Shown here piece after piece: positions 1-9,191 of a stretch of DNA of 58,033 nt. The first letter of the stretch is position 1, and each line of letters begins with the position of its first letter. The notes beneath the pieces were generated by a model that had not been told where the DNA came from, did not search any database, and was given only the letters and a program-made list of their open reading frames with translations. This DNA is from a virus (lineage: Duplodnaviria > Caudoviricetes). Location of the stretch: the IMG/VR virus record IMGVR_UViG_3300032223_002716, positions 1 to 58,033 of that record. One strand, given 5' to 3'. Both the position numbers and the translations under genes were made by a program.

Positions 1-409
1 AAACATGTTAAATGCTAATTTATTGGCTGAATCAAGATACCTTGAATCAAAAGGATTGATTAAGGAAGGTGAAGATTTTGGGACTGGTGAAAACTTTGGT
101 CGTGAAAGTGCTGCGCAAGAGTATGCAATGAAATCTGGTGAAAATATGTATAATGGCCAACCAGATTTAAACAAGGAGATTAACGCTAGTGAAGATAATT
201 TAAACGACCCTTTATTTAGTCATGGTGTTCATTTTAAATCGGAGTACGCAATGAAAGGTATACCTAGACCTACAATTATAATTCCATTTGCTATAGAAGG
301 TCAAAAAACGATATGGTATAGACATAAGGATGATAAAAAGAAAAAGGAACATACAATGTCATTAGATATGTTTTTAAATTATTATGAATTAAAGTCTAAA
401 TATAAGTAA
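1..409 (+). CDS. Hypothetical protein, probably 5'-truncated; putative virion cargo
   Basis: N-terminal NANLLAESRYLESK matches KANILAEQRYLESK of ORF 42344..42955. Confidence 0.7.
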   Translation, partial: NMLNANLLAESRYLESKGLIKEGEDFGTGENFGRESAAQEYAMKSGENMYNGQPDLNKEINASEDNLNDPLFSHGVHFKSEYAMKGIPRPTIIIPFAIEGQKTIWYRHKDDKKKKEHTMSLDMFLNYYELKSKYK

Positions 410-415
410 TTAAAA

Positions 416-934
416 ATGAAAGACTACATTAAGCAATTATTAACTGAAGCAGCTAAGGGTCAGAATCATCATTATCCAAAGGATATGATTGATATTATTA
501 TATTGGGTTCTATGAAGAACTTAGTTAAGGATAGTAGTAATGCTTATTTTTCATTTTTAGTGGCTCCTATTGCAATAACTTTCTTAGGTAAGTGTATTTC
601 AAAGTCAAAGACATTTAGTGCGTCAGAAGACGAGAAAAAGGATTTTGATTTATGTATTAATAAATTGATGCCTAAGTATAAGGATGCTAAACTATATGAT
701 AGATTAAGAGTTGGAATGTTGGCCATGATGCGACCAAAAGATGGTTTAGGATTTACACATAAAGCTGAAGCCAAAGAAATGAAGGTTAAGCATATGGATA
801 AAGCTCCTGACGGTGATTACATATTAGTTATGGAAGAATTATGGTCAGACATATTTAAAGCTGCCAGAGAGGTCAAGAAAATGGATTTTGGTGATAAAGA
901 TAAAATGAACAAACCGTTTATAGATATACCATAA
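416..934 (+). CDS. Hypothetical protein with MKDYIKQLLTE leader (possible degenerate HEPN-like fold)
   Basis: 172-aa ORF; LYDRLRVGMLA resembles HEPN Rx4H without the His. Confidence 0.6.
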   Translation: MKDYIKQLLTEAAKGQNHHYPKDMIDIIILGSMKNLVKDSSNAYFSFLVAPIAITFLGKCISKSKTFSASEDEKKDFDLCINKLMPKYKDAKLYDRLRVGMLAMMRPKDGLGFTHKAEAKEMKVKHMDKAPDGDYILVMEELWSDIFKAAREVKKMDFGDKDKMNKPFIDIP

Positions 935-963
935 AAAAAGGAGAGCTAAACACTCTCCTTTTT
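935..963. terminator. Bidirectional intrinsic terminator
   Basis: AAAAAGGAGAG-ctaaaca-CTCTCCTTTTT between convergent genes. Confidence 0.8.
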
Positions 964-1445
964 CATTTTAGATAATTAGCCCATGACTTATCGTATGCGC
1001 TGCTTTGTTTGATAAGGAACACATATGAAGGTTCAAATGGTTTATATTTCATACCCATGTTTGCTTCTTCTGGTGTTCTATTATCTTTTTTTGAGTTACA
1101 TTTTTTACAGCAAGTAGCCATATTCTGCCAAGTATTTTTCCCACCTCTTGATGATGGTAATACATGGTCAATGGTTAAATTGGTTGTACTTCCGCAATAT
1201 ATACATTCGTAGTTATCTCTAATGAATACATTTTTCCTATTGAAATAACTTTTTCTATATTTGAATGGTGTATAATTGATAAGTCTAATAACGCTAGGTC
1301 GTTTATAACTAGAATTTTCGGTAACAATTGGAATTGGTACTTCTTCTAATATTTCGGCCTTACCTAGATAAACAAGATTAAATCCTCTTACGAGGGTTGT
1401 GATGTTTATTGGTTGGTATAAGCTATTTAATACTAGCACTGACAT
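963..1445 (-). CDS. HNH endonuclease (McrA-like)
   Basis: VLVLN..YQP, RDNYECIYCG, TIDHVLPSSRGG, CCKKCNSKK. Confidence 0.9.
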   Translation of the reverse strand: MSVLVLNSLYQPINITTLVRGFNLVYLGKAEILEEVPIPIVTENSSYKRPSVIRLINYTPFKYRKSYFNRKNVFIRDNYECIYCGSTTNLTIDHVLPSSRGGKNTWQNMATCCKKCNSKKDNRTPEEANMGMKYKPFEPSYVFLIKQSSAYDKSWANYLK

Positions 1446-1453
1446 TTTTATAA

Positions 1454-1702
1454 TTAATTAAGTGCGTAATCGTATACCTTTTCTTCCATTTCCATGGTTT
1501 CTAGTTCACTAAATCTATCGGCTCTATAACCATACCATTCCATACCTAAAGATGTTCTACCTTTATTATTGATACCTTTGATGATATAAACTCTTTGGTC
1601 CAAAGCATTTACAAATTCATCTTCGACTTCGTATTCTTTATCTTTAACAACTTTTGCCCCTTGTGGTAGATTTTTATCATTGATGCATACTACTTTTTTC
1701 AT
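1454..1702 (-). CDS. Hypothetical protein (likely start MKKVVCIND at 1702)
   Basis: ORF; the longer start overlaps the upstream gene. Confidence 0.6.
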   Translation of the reverse strand: MKKVVCINDKNLPQGAKVVKDKEYEVEDEFVNALDQRVYIIKGINNKGRTSLGMEWYGYRADRFSELETMEMEEKVYDYALN

Positions 1703-1880
1703 TTTTCTCCCTTTCTTTAAATAATTTTTCCAATTCTTCATGTTTGGTAAATTCATTCCATCTATTTCTATAAAAGATTTGCCATTTATTCTCGTTAAAT
1801 CTTCTATATACAGTATAGGTTTCATTATCATTCACATATATAATTGAATAGTTATGGTCTTCTACTTTTAAAAGTTTCAT
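1677..1880 (-). CDS. Hypothetical protein
   Basis: Start overlaps the AAA gene stop (ATGA). Confidence 0.6.
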   Translation of the reverse strand: MKLLKVEDHNYSIIYVNDNETYTVYRRFNENKWQIFYRNRWNEFTKHEELEKLFKEREKNEKSSMHQ

Positions 1881-2926
1881 AGTGCGTTTATTTTTTCTAA
1901 AATTTCTTCGTTGTTATACTTCCCATTTATTGATTTAGCAAAGAATACTTTATCGGTAGTCATACCTTCAGTTAATTCAGCTAGTTCAACATCACCTTCT
2001 AATATATCCAAACGTTTTGCAAAGTTAGGTCCAGTAATTTCTCTAACATACTTCATTCTGGAAGGTCTTTCTTTAATGGCTGTATCAACCTTCTCAATAT
2101 CATTACAAGTCATAAAGAATGCTACTTGATTATATTCATTATAAACACCGTCTAACACGCTTAAAATAACGTCATACGTGAACTTAACTTCATTGTTCTT
2201 CATAATACATTCTCGTTTATCGAAATAATTATCAAAGTCTTCGAATAATACGATACATTTCTTTGGTATATCACTAAACATGAATAGAATATCTAGGTTA
2301 TTGTATTCTGGGTTAAGGTAGATTGAATAGATTGGTAAATCATACTTTAATGAAAAGTATTTAATTAATCTAGTCTTTCCAGTACCAGGTAACCCATATA
2401 ACAATGCGCTAGTTTTACCTTTTCCGTTTAATAACATTTCTACAATATCTCTTTCAATATCTTCGTATTGGTCATCGTTTATGAATACTTTAGGTTCTTC
2501 TAATTTACTTAGTTCACCTAATTTATCGCTACCCCATGGAGTTAATGCCATTACGTTAACATGTTCTTCAGATTTAGCTTTAGACCTTACAAATGCTTCC
2601 ACTTTTTTTCTTTGCCATCTTAGGTAATATATTTCGGATAGCACTTCTTTTGATTGCCAACCAGTTGTTAGTAATCGTTCAGACTTACTGAAGAACATGA
2701 ATATTCCATCGATAAAAACAAATGATGAATAAGTTGCTGGATATTTTTTATTAACACTTATTTCATTATTGATTTCAAACTTATGTTTAGCTTGTATTAA
2801 ATATGGTAAAATGTTTTTACTAAGATTATCATCTAATCTCATATGTTGACTAACTAAATACCTCATCGTGGCCCATACTGATACTAATACACTACCAATA
2901 ACTCCGATTAATCCCCATACTCCCAT
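1877..2926 (-). CDS. Membrane-anchored AAA+ ATPase (BCS1-like)
   Basis: N-terminal TM helix; Walker A GLPGTGKT; Walker B VLFEDFD; RPSR arginine finger. Confidence 0.85.
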   Translation of the reverse strand: MGVWGLIGVIGSVLVSVWATMRYLVSQHMRLDDNLSKNILPYLIQAKHKFEINNEISVNKKYPATYSSFVFIDGIFMFFSKSERLLTTGWQSKEVLSEIYYLRWQRKKVEAFVRSKAKSEEHVNVMALTPWGSDKLGELSKLEEPKVFINDDQYEDIERDIVEMLLNGKGKTSALLYGLPGTGKTRLIKYFSLKYDLPIYSIYLNPEYNNLDILFMFSDIPKKCIVLFEDFDNYFDKRECIMKNNEVKFTYDVILSVLDGVYNEYNQVAFFMTCNDIEKVDTAIKERPSRMKYVREITGPNFAKRLDILEGDVELAELTEGMTTDKVFFAKSINGKYNNEEILEKINAL

Positions 2927-3108
2927 TACATTCTAGATTTTACATGTTCAACACTCTGGATTAATTTATCATCAGCATCATTTAATGATACTACTATTTT
3001 ACCATCACCGTTATAATCCCATCTAACAATGAATTCTTTTAAAACTATACCACCTGATTTTGGTCCATCAGAACATTCGGTATTATTATGTACTTGAAAT
3101 TCGCTCAT
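2926..3108 (-). CDS. Hypothetical protein
   Basis: ORF in tightly packed operon. Confidence 0.55.
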   Translation of the reverse strand: MSEFQVHNNTECSDGPKSGGIVLKEFIVRWDYNGDGKIVVSLNDADDKLIQSVEHVKSRM

Positions 3109-3126
3109 TTTATTTATTTTTTAAAT

Positions 3127-3366
3127 TTAACACCTTAATAGCTCACCATCATTAGGTGGTCTTAAATAATTATCTAATTTATTAGGTGAATGTATAGCAT
3201 TTAGTTCTGCTTGATGCTTTTCATCACCCATACTAGGGTCAATCTCATGTTTAAACACAAGGTTTAAATGTTTTTTAATCATTTCAGTCTCTTTTGAACC
3301 GATATTAACTGGGTTTGCAACTTCAAAGAAGCCTTGTAACCAAAATGCAAAATCTCTACTAGTCAT
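3127..3366 (-). CDS. Hypothetical phage protein (FAFWLQGFFE motif)
   Basis: ORF in operon. Confidence 0.7.
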   Translation of the reverse strand: MTSRDFAFWLQGFFEVANPVNIGSKETEMIKKHLNLVFKHEIDPSMGDEKHQAELNAIHSPNKLDNYLRPPNDGELLRC

Positions 3367-3367
3367 A

Positions 3368-3718
3368 TTATTTTTTATTAAAATATTTATCTACTCTTAC
3401 CATAACAACACCAAATAATGTAGCCATTCCTAATGCACCTAACACCCATATTGGATTACTAGTTAATGCTGCGATAATTGATGGTACCACAATCATTGTT
3501 AACAATACTGAAATAATCAATACACTAAAAGGTTTTTTATTTGAACGTTCAACCCATACTAAACGTTCTAATGCGTCTTCCATGTCTTTACCATATGCTG
3601 GTATTTCATGAATAGTACCATCCACTTCTTGGATAGTAAATTGGTATTTAAAATACCCTGGTGACGTTTTGCTCTCACCAATTAATTTGCTTTCAATTGC
3701 TTTTCTTCTATTTTTCAT
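3368..3718 (-). CDS. Hypothetical membrane protein (2 TM)
   Basis: Two hydrophobic C-terminal helices. Confidence 0.7.
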   Translation of the reverse strand: MKNRRKAIESKLIGESKTSPGYFKYQFTIQEVDGTIHEIPAYGKDMEDALERLVWVERSNKKPFSVLIISVLLTMIVVPSIIAALTSNPIWVLGALGMATLFGVVMVRVDKYFNKK

Positions 3719-3923
3719 TATCAAAATTTAAATTAGGTTTCATTGCTGAAACAGTTTCTTCGTCAGGTATTTCCGTTTTTGGTTTATCTGGTTGTTTTGG
3801 TCCTTCTAACATTCTAGGTTGGTTTAAAGTAACCCACTCTAAATACTGTGGGTCATTTCTTCTTAACCATTCAATAGTTTTGCCAGCGTATTTACCACTT
3901 CTTAATGTAAAACTATTATCCAT
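3708..3923 (-). CDS. Small protein, DUF3820/ExoX C-terminal-like
   Basis: SGKYAGKTIEWL..DPQYLEW motif. Confidence 0.6.
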   Translation of the reverse strand: MDNSFTLRSGKYAGKTIEWLRRNDPQYLEWVTLNQPRMLEGPKQPDKPKTEIPDEETVSAMKPNLNFDNEK

Positions 3924-3924
3924 A

Positions 3925-4452
3925 TTAATTATCAAACCAAAATACTATTCTTACATCATCTAAGTCACCCAATGTTTTTAGGTCTTCGATATGTTGAAAA
4001 AACATTCCAGATAAAAAATCATTAATAGGTAATACTTCACCTTCACCTTCTTCAGCTAATGCTGCACCATTCCAAACATTTGGGCTAGTTTGTTTTGTAA
4101 CTCTTCTATTCCAGAATTTTTGAGTATAATCAAACTCAGCAAGTTCTCTTAGATAGATATGTGATGGTGTATGGGCATCCCAACCCCAATAATCATATTC
4201 AGACTTCACAGTATCTGATATATCTTCTGGAATACCTCTAGGTTCAACTATTGGGTCAATGCAACTATAGTTTCTAACGCCAGCTAGAAATCCATACATA
4301 CCATAACCTCTCCAATCAAATGGATGGTCACCTTTCTCACGATTAAGATAATTTTTATCAAAATCATCCAATGTGGTAAAATCAAATACTTGTTCCCATT
4401 TACCAGTTTCTTTATTTCTTACTTCAGCATAAGAATGTATATCACAACCCAT
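3925..4452 (-). CDS. Conserved phage protein (MGCDIH...RIVFWFDN family)
   Basis: Characteristic terminal motifs. Confidence 0.75.
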   Translation of the reverse strand: MGCDIHSYAEVRNKETGKWEQVFDFTTLDDFDKNYLNREKGDHPFDWRGYGMYGFLAGVRNYSCIDPIVEPRGIPEDISDTVKSEYDYWGWDAHTPSHIYLRELAEFDYTQKFWNRRVTKQTSPNVWNGAALAEEGEGEVLPINDFLSGMFFQHIEDLKTLGDLDDVRIVFWFDN

Positions 4453-4457
4453 AATTA

Positions 4458-4625
4458 TTAGTTTTTAAAGTTATCGTATCTGTACCAAAACAACATTGCG
4501 AGTAATTCTAAGGAAAAGAAGTGACCAACAGTTATTTTTGATTCATTCCAATTCCAAATGATATAAATCAATAGTGATAATGATAATATCATTTCAATTA
4601 ACGTAATATGTTTTTTATTTTTCAT
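4458..4625 (-). CDS. Small membrane protein (55 aa; not in ORF track)
   Basis: MKNKKHITLIEMILSLSLLIYIIW...; directly after TATATTTG promoter at 4630-4637. Confidence 0.55.
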   Translation of the reverse strand: MKNKKHITLIEMILSLSLLIYIIWNWNESKITVGHFFSLELLAMLFWYRYDNFKN

Positions 4626-4689
4626 ATTGCAAATATAGTCATAAAAAATACATTACGCAAGGTTTATTATTTTTTTGTATAAAAAAATT

Positions 4690-4818
4690 TTATTTATAAA
4701 TATGTTCTTCAATTTCTTCCGCTAAGAAATGTAAAATAGCACCAGGTATTGCGATAATAACCACTGGTGATAATAATATCATTGATATTCCTTTAATTAT
4801 ATAATATAGTATTTTCAT
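4690..4818 (-). CDS. Small membrane protein (42 aa; not in ORF track)
   Basis: MKILYYIIKGISMILLSPVVIIAIPGAILH...; ATGA overlap with upstream stop. Confidence 0.55.
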   Translation of the reverse strand: MKILYYIIKGISMILLSPVVIIAIPGAILHFLAEEIEEHIYK

Positions 4819-5297
4819 TCTTCAGTTTTATTATCTTGGATACCAGTGTTAAAAACACGTTTAGCGATTGGTGGAATTGTATCATCAAGATTTAATCCAT
4901 CTAAAAAACCAGCTTTTTCCCATTTTTTAATAATATCTTGTTTATGTATTTCAAGTACATACTCATTAGTGACTTCATAATATTCAATAGGAATACCATG
5001 GTCTCTAGCATAACTAATTTCAGCTTCAACACCAATAGATTCTTCCCAACCAGCCATTTTACATACGACCAACCTATCACATTTAGTTAATAATGTTAAA
5101 CAAAAGTTTAACCAGAAATTCCAATCATCTGGCATTTCTTTAAATTGCAATAAGGTATGACCATATGTTATTGGTGATATGGTTGTATAACCTTCTTTGG
5201 TAAAGTCAGCAGAAATGTTACTGATGATTTTAAAATTAGTTTCTTTATTACCATTACTATATGGTGAAGCTAAATAAATTAATTCGTCTTTTTTCAT
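4815..5297 (-). CDS. DUF1937 / nucleoside deoxyribosyltransferase-like fold protein
   Basis: IYLASPYS, SPITYGH, GWEESIGVEAEI. Confidence 0.8.
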   Translation of the reverse strand: MKKDELIYLASPYSNGNKETNFKIISNISADFTKEGYTTISPITYGHTLLQFKEMPDDWNFWLNFCLTLLTKCDRLVVCKMAGWEESIGVEAEISYARDHGIPIEYYEVTNEYVLEIHKQDIIKKWEKAGFLDGLNLDDTIPPIAKRVFNTGIQDNKTEE

Positions 5298-5298
5298 A

Positions 5299-5988
5299 TT
5301 AATTATTTTTTAAATTAAAGGTTAAACCTAAAGTTAAAGTATGCATTAAGGTAACATTACTGATATTCCTATAATTTATATTATCAGATATTGTAATATT
5401 GAATTTTTTATTTTGTAGGAATATTAATTTGGTACTACCGTATACAATTACATCGTTAAATAATCGCATATTTGGTTGGTAATAATATTCTGAGTTTAAA
5501 TTAAAATGTTTATGTTCATATTTTAATTTAAATCTAACTGAATGTCTAATAACTTCTTTGTGGGGTGAGTCATTATAATTTGTATTTTGGTACAATGCTG
5601 CATAACTTAATGATGTGTATTTCCATCGTTTACCAATACCAATACCGAATGAATTATCATCATTAATATTCCTTGTTAATGAGTGGTTAAATACGTGTAT
5701 TAGGAATAGATTCTTATAACTAACATTTGTTTTTTGTTGCCATTCATTAGCAATTATTTTGGTACTATATATTAATGAATAAGCGGTATTAGTATTAAAG
5801 GTTAAATCTTTTTTTGTAAGAGTATTATCACCAGAATATGTAATATTAAATTGAGTAGTACTATTCTTAGAATACATACCAGTGATACTATTTCCAGATG
5901 ATACTGAAATAGAATCAAATAGTAATGTATCTTGACCATAACTAAATAAAGTTACGATAATAAAAATAAGTGTTAGTATTTTTTTCAT
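5299..5988 (-). CDS. Putative outer-membrane beta-barrel (DUF481-like) with signal peptide
   Basis: MKKILTLIFIIVTLFSYG signal; alternating beta strands; C-terminal LTLGLTF. Confidence 0.6.
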   Translation of the reverse strand: MKKILTLIFIIVTLFSYGQDTLLFDSISVSSGNSITGMYSKNSTTQFNITYSGDNTLTKKDLTFNTNTAYSLIYSTKIIANEWQQKTNVSYKNLFLIHVFNHSLTRNINDDNSFGIGIGKRWKYTSLSYAALYQNTNYNDSPHKEVIRHSVRFKLKYEHKHFNLNSEYYYQPNMRLFNDVIVYGSTKLIFLQNKKFNITISDNINYRNISNVTLMHTLTLGLTFNLKNN

Positions 5989-5992
5989 ATTA

Positions 5993-6199
5993 TTAATGTG
6001 TTCCATTTGTTAGGCTAACTCCATGTTTAAACCCAGTTATAAATGTATCTATTTCTTCTTGATTCATGTTAGGTATAATATTACCTAATATATGACCAAT
6101 CTCATTACCAATATCAGATAAATCACCTTGATAAGTAACGGTAGTTAGACGTGCCGATATTTCAGTCAGCACGTCATTAAAATTTAAGTCTCTTTCCAT
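5993..6199 (-). CDS. Hypothetical protein (likely start MERDLNF)
   Basis: Start lies just after the thyA-C stop. Confidence 0.6.
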   Translation of the reverse strand: MERDLNFNDVLTEISARLTTVTYQGDLSDIGNEIGHILGNIIPNMNQEEIDTFITGFKHGVSLTNGTH

Positions 6200-6200
6200 A

Positions 6201-6977
6201 TTAATTCGACAATGGGGCCTTAATAGTTGGATGTGATTGATAATTGATAATCTCAAAATCAGTAATCTGCATATTATTAATAAGAACATCGATATCACTG
6301 TGTAAAGGACCAACACCACATTCTCCAGATTCTGTAGGCCAGAACTCAGTGTTGATGTTTAATGTTGGTAATGTGAAAGGTTCTCTAGTTCGTTTTGGGA
6401 TTAAATCGTTTAATTTTAATAACCCTTCCTTAGTCACTTTACCATCTTCTCCAATATATGATTTGGTAATAAAAATTGTTTGAGAATTCATTATATCAAT
6501 GCGTTCTCCTAGACTTAACTCTCTACCAATTTGTTCTTTTGCTTGTTCAATATGGTTTGAATACAAATGTACATCACCTAAGTTACCAATTAATTCATCT
6601 GGAACCATATTAACTTCTTTAGCAATGATTTCCAATAACAATCCATAAGAAGCAATATTGAATGGTAAACCTAAGAATGTATCTACACTTCGTTGATTCC
6701 ACATCAGTGAGATTGCTCTGGTTGGTATGTTTCTTGTTGTTAGCTTAGCATCTTCAAACCCAGCTGGTTTACCAACTCCACCCATATATTGATTAACGTA
6801 TATTTGAATTCTTTCTTCTTTACTCAACTCTCTTGTATAAACTTGAAATCCATAATGGCAAGGTGGAAGTACTTGTTTACCTTCAGTTATATCTTTTCTA
6901 CCATATTTTTTATAAAATTCTTTATCTGTTTTTAATTTCTCTAAAAACTCTTCTTTTGTTAATTTTTTAGTTTCCAT
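6201..6977 (-). CDS. thyA: Thymidylate synthase, C-terminal half
   Basis: LPPCH catalytic Cys, QRSVDTFLGLPFNIASY, GDVHLYSNH, YQSHPTIKAPLSN. Confidence 0.9.
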   Translation of the reverse strand: METKKLTKEEFLEKLKTDKEFYKKYGRKDITEGKQVLPPCHYGFQVYTRELSKEERIQIYVNQYMGGVGKPAGFEDAKLTTRNIPTRAISLMWNQRSVDTFLGLPFNIASYGLLLEIIAKEVNMVPDELIGNLGDVHLYSNHIEQAKEQIGRELSLGERIDIMNSQTIFITKSYIGEDGKVTKEGLLKLNDLIPKRTREPFTLPTLNINTEFWPTESGECGVGPLHSDIDVLINNMQITDFEIINYQSHPTIKAPLSN

Positions 6978-7221
6978 AACTATTCATTTTTTCTAATAAA
7001 TTATTCATCGCTTCCATAATGGTCTTACCTACACCATATAGGCACGGGTCAACTTCTCTTTCTAACCAATCATTTAATTCATAACAAACTTCTTCAGTAT
7101 TTATTGATTGCACAAACCTAGAATCTTCTTCAGCGTTAAACGCAATATACCCACCAAAACGTAAATTAACTAAGGTTAGTGGATAAATTTCTTCCCATTC
7201 TTTATAAACTCTTTTATTCAT
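6967..7221 (-). CDS. Hypothetical protein inserted between the thyA halves
   Basis: 84-aa ORF whose start and stop overlap both thyA fragments. Confidence 0.7.
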   Translation of the reverse strand: MNKRVYKEWEEIYPLTLVNLRFGGYIAFNAEEDSRFVQSINTEEVCYELNDWLEREVDPCLYGVGKTIMEAMNNLLEKMNSYGN

Positions 7222-7903
7222 AACTCCAATTTTTAAAATAATCATTATAAAGTTCATCATCCGTTCGATAATCGGTAATCGGTAAATCGGCTGGATTCCA
7301 AGCTGAAACCATCAAACGTCTTGAGTCTGGATTTGTTTTAAGGTCGTTGATTAGGTTTGCTATTTGGTCTATTTTATATTCTTTGAAAAATAAACCTCTA
7401 CCTCCTAATAATGGGTCTTCAATATTATCTGTATTTAAAAATGCGTCTCTATCTATACCACCCCAACTTCTCCACTGTGCCCCATATACTGGACCTAAAT
7501 CACCCCACTTCTTAGCAAACTCATCATCTGTTTTGATGCGATTGATGAATTCTTCTTGTGTTAATGTCGGTAACTTAATTGATGTAGGTCCAAATCCATC
7601 ATATTCTGAAGTTTCGGTACTATTCCAATATCTCTTATAGCAATCTCCATTCCAAATATTACAATCATTTTCGACTAATGATTTGATATTCGTTTCTCCT
7701 CTTAAGAACCATAACAACTCAGTAATAATTCCTTTTGTATACATTTTCTTTGTTGTAATAAGAGGAAAGCCTTCTGACATCTTATGGCGAATCTGTCTAC
7801 CAAATACTGATATAGTTCCAGTACCAGTCCTATCGGACTTAGCATGGCCATTATCTAATATATCTTGTAGTAATTCTGTGTATTGTTTATCTAAATTATT
7901 CAT
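7214..7903 (-). CDS. thyA: Thymidylate synthase, N-terminal half
   Basis: [46 protein letters not shown]. Confidence 0.9.
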   Translation of the reverse strand: MNNLDKQYTELLQDILDNGHAKSDRTGTGTISVFGRQIRHKMSEGFPLITTKKMYTKGIITELLWFLRGETNIKSLVENDCNIWNGDCYKRYWNSTETSEYDGFGPTSIKLPTLTQEEFINRIKTDDEFAKKWGDLGPVYGAQWRSWGGIDRDAFLNTDNIEDPLLGGRGLFFKEYKIDQIANLINDLKTNPDSRRLMVSAWNPADLPITDYRTDDELYNDYFKNWSYE

Positions 7904-8208
7904 AATACATTTTTTTTACCTAATACATACATTATTCTTCTAGTTAATGTACCAGCAGTTTTGGTACCATCATTACACCAATGCATAATAATAGTCTCGA
8001 TATCTGAATAAATCTCTTTATTAGCTTCAGATAAGTTATTAACTCTTATTTCAGGGAACTCACAATCACAATAAGCTTGGAACAATCCACATTCACCATG
8101 ATATGGACCATATAGTTCTTCATTTTTCTTATTGATTCTTATTATAACTTTATGTGCTGGATTGTTCTCATCCAAGTTTGCGTATAAATCTTTCATATTA
8201 TTTTTCAA
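7900..8208 (-). CDS. Hypothetical protein
   Basis: ORF in operon. Confidence 0.65.
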   Translation of the reverse strand: MKNNMKDLYANLDENNPAHKVIIRINKKNEELYGPYHGECGLFQAYCDCEFPEIRVNNLSEANKEIYSDIETIIMHWCNDGTKTAGTLTRRIMYVLGKKNVL

Positions 8209-8464
8209 TTATGGTTTTTACACCGTATATAGTTATTTTTCTATCTTGGTAGTCAACTAGTTTGATTATTTTAACACCTCTTACCATTTTAAATGATTTA
8301 GCATGGTATTTAGTACCATTAGCATCAATAATAGTATATTTACATTTATTCATTAAATCTATTTCTTGTTTTAAAGGCCAGAATGGTAAGATACATAATC
8401 CTAATACAAGTATAGCACCTAGTATACCACCTACAATATTTAATGTCGAATCTCTATTTTTCAT
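8198..8464 (-). CDS. Hypothetical membrane-anchored protein
   Basis: N-terminal TM helix. Confidence 0.65.
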   Translation of the reverse strand: MKNRDSTLNIVGGILGAILVLGLCILPFWPLKQEIDLMNKCKYTIIDANGTKYHAKSFKMVRGVKIIKLVDYQDRKITIYGVKTIIEK

Positions 8465-8927
8465 TTGTAAATAAATAATTTAAAATTTGGTTAGCGTATT
8501 CAAGACATGCATTGATGTCGTTTTTGGTTAGTTCTGGAAAGTCATCCATAATCTCTTTGTGAGACATTCCATTACTTAAATAGGATAGAACATCCATCAC
8601 ACTAATTCTAGTGTCTCTAACGCAAGGTTTACCACCTTTTTTACCCTTTGTAATTGTAATTAAATCTTTATAATTATAAGTTTTAATTGTGATTGGTGTT
8701 TTATTAGCTTCATGGTAAAGGTCCCATTCGATAATACAATTTTTTTCCATATCAGTAAGTATTGATAATACGTTTTTATATAGTAATTGTTTTTGACTTG
8801 TAGGGTTATCAAATAATATTTGATTTACATGTAAGATGCTACAATTAATAGCCATCTTTTTATTTAAACCAATATCAGCACATTTAGTCAGCAACTTATT
8901 TACTATTTTTTCTGCTTTATTTTCCAT
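8454..8927 (-). CDS. DUF433 domain protein (C-terminal)
   Basis: KKGGKPCVRDTRISVMDVL..GMS..EIMDDFPEL. Confidence 0.8.
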   Translation of the reverse strand: MENKAEKIVNKLLTKCADIGLNKKMAINCSILHVNQILFDNPTSQKQLLYKNVLSILTDMEKNCIIEWDLYHEANKTPITIKTYNYKDLITITKGKKGGKPCVRDTRISVMDVLSYLSNGMSHKEIMDDFPELTKNDINACLEYANQILNYLFTNEK

Positions 8928-8983
8928 TAAATTTATTTTTACAAAAATAGTAAACTTTTAATAAATAAGCAACAGTAAGACAT

Positions 8984-9060
8984 AAAAAAACCTCTCATTG
9001 GTAGCGACACTTCTGAGAGGTTTTGATGGTTTGTAACCATAGACGGTCCTAATCCGTTTA
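8984..9060 (-). ncRNA. Three-hairpin element ending in a terminator
   Basis: Minus strand: ACGG-attagga-CCGT; ATGGT-tacaa-ACCAT; AAAACCTCTCA-16 nt-TGAGAGGTTTTTTT. Confidence 0.55.
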
Positions 9061-9063
9061 TCT

Positions 9064-9165
9064 TTAGTATTTGTTTTGATTTATTTTTATCTTTTTGACT
9101 CTTGAACCAAATTTATAACCTAACCAAAACGTTAACATATTTGCTAATATAAAAATTATACTCAT
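9064..9165 (-). CDS. 33-aa single-TM peptide (not in ORF track)
   Basis: MSIIFILANMLTFWLGYKFGSRVKKIKINQNKY; ATATTTAT motif 4 nt upstream. Confidence 0.5.
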   Translation of the reverse strand: MSIIFILANMLTFWLGYKFGSRVKKIKINQNKY

Positions 9166-9191
9166 ATTAATAAATATTAGCAAACTTTAAT

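Noticed and set aside
6967-7260. Group I intron or intein interrupting thyA
   Set aside because: The gap is filled by an ordinary ORF with coupled start/stop overlaps; no intron core elements, homing-nuclease motifs or intein termini are visible.
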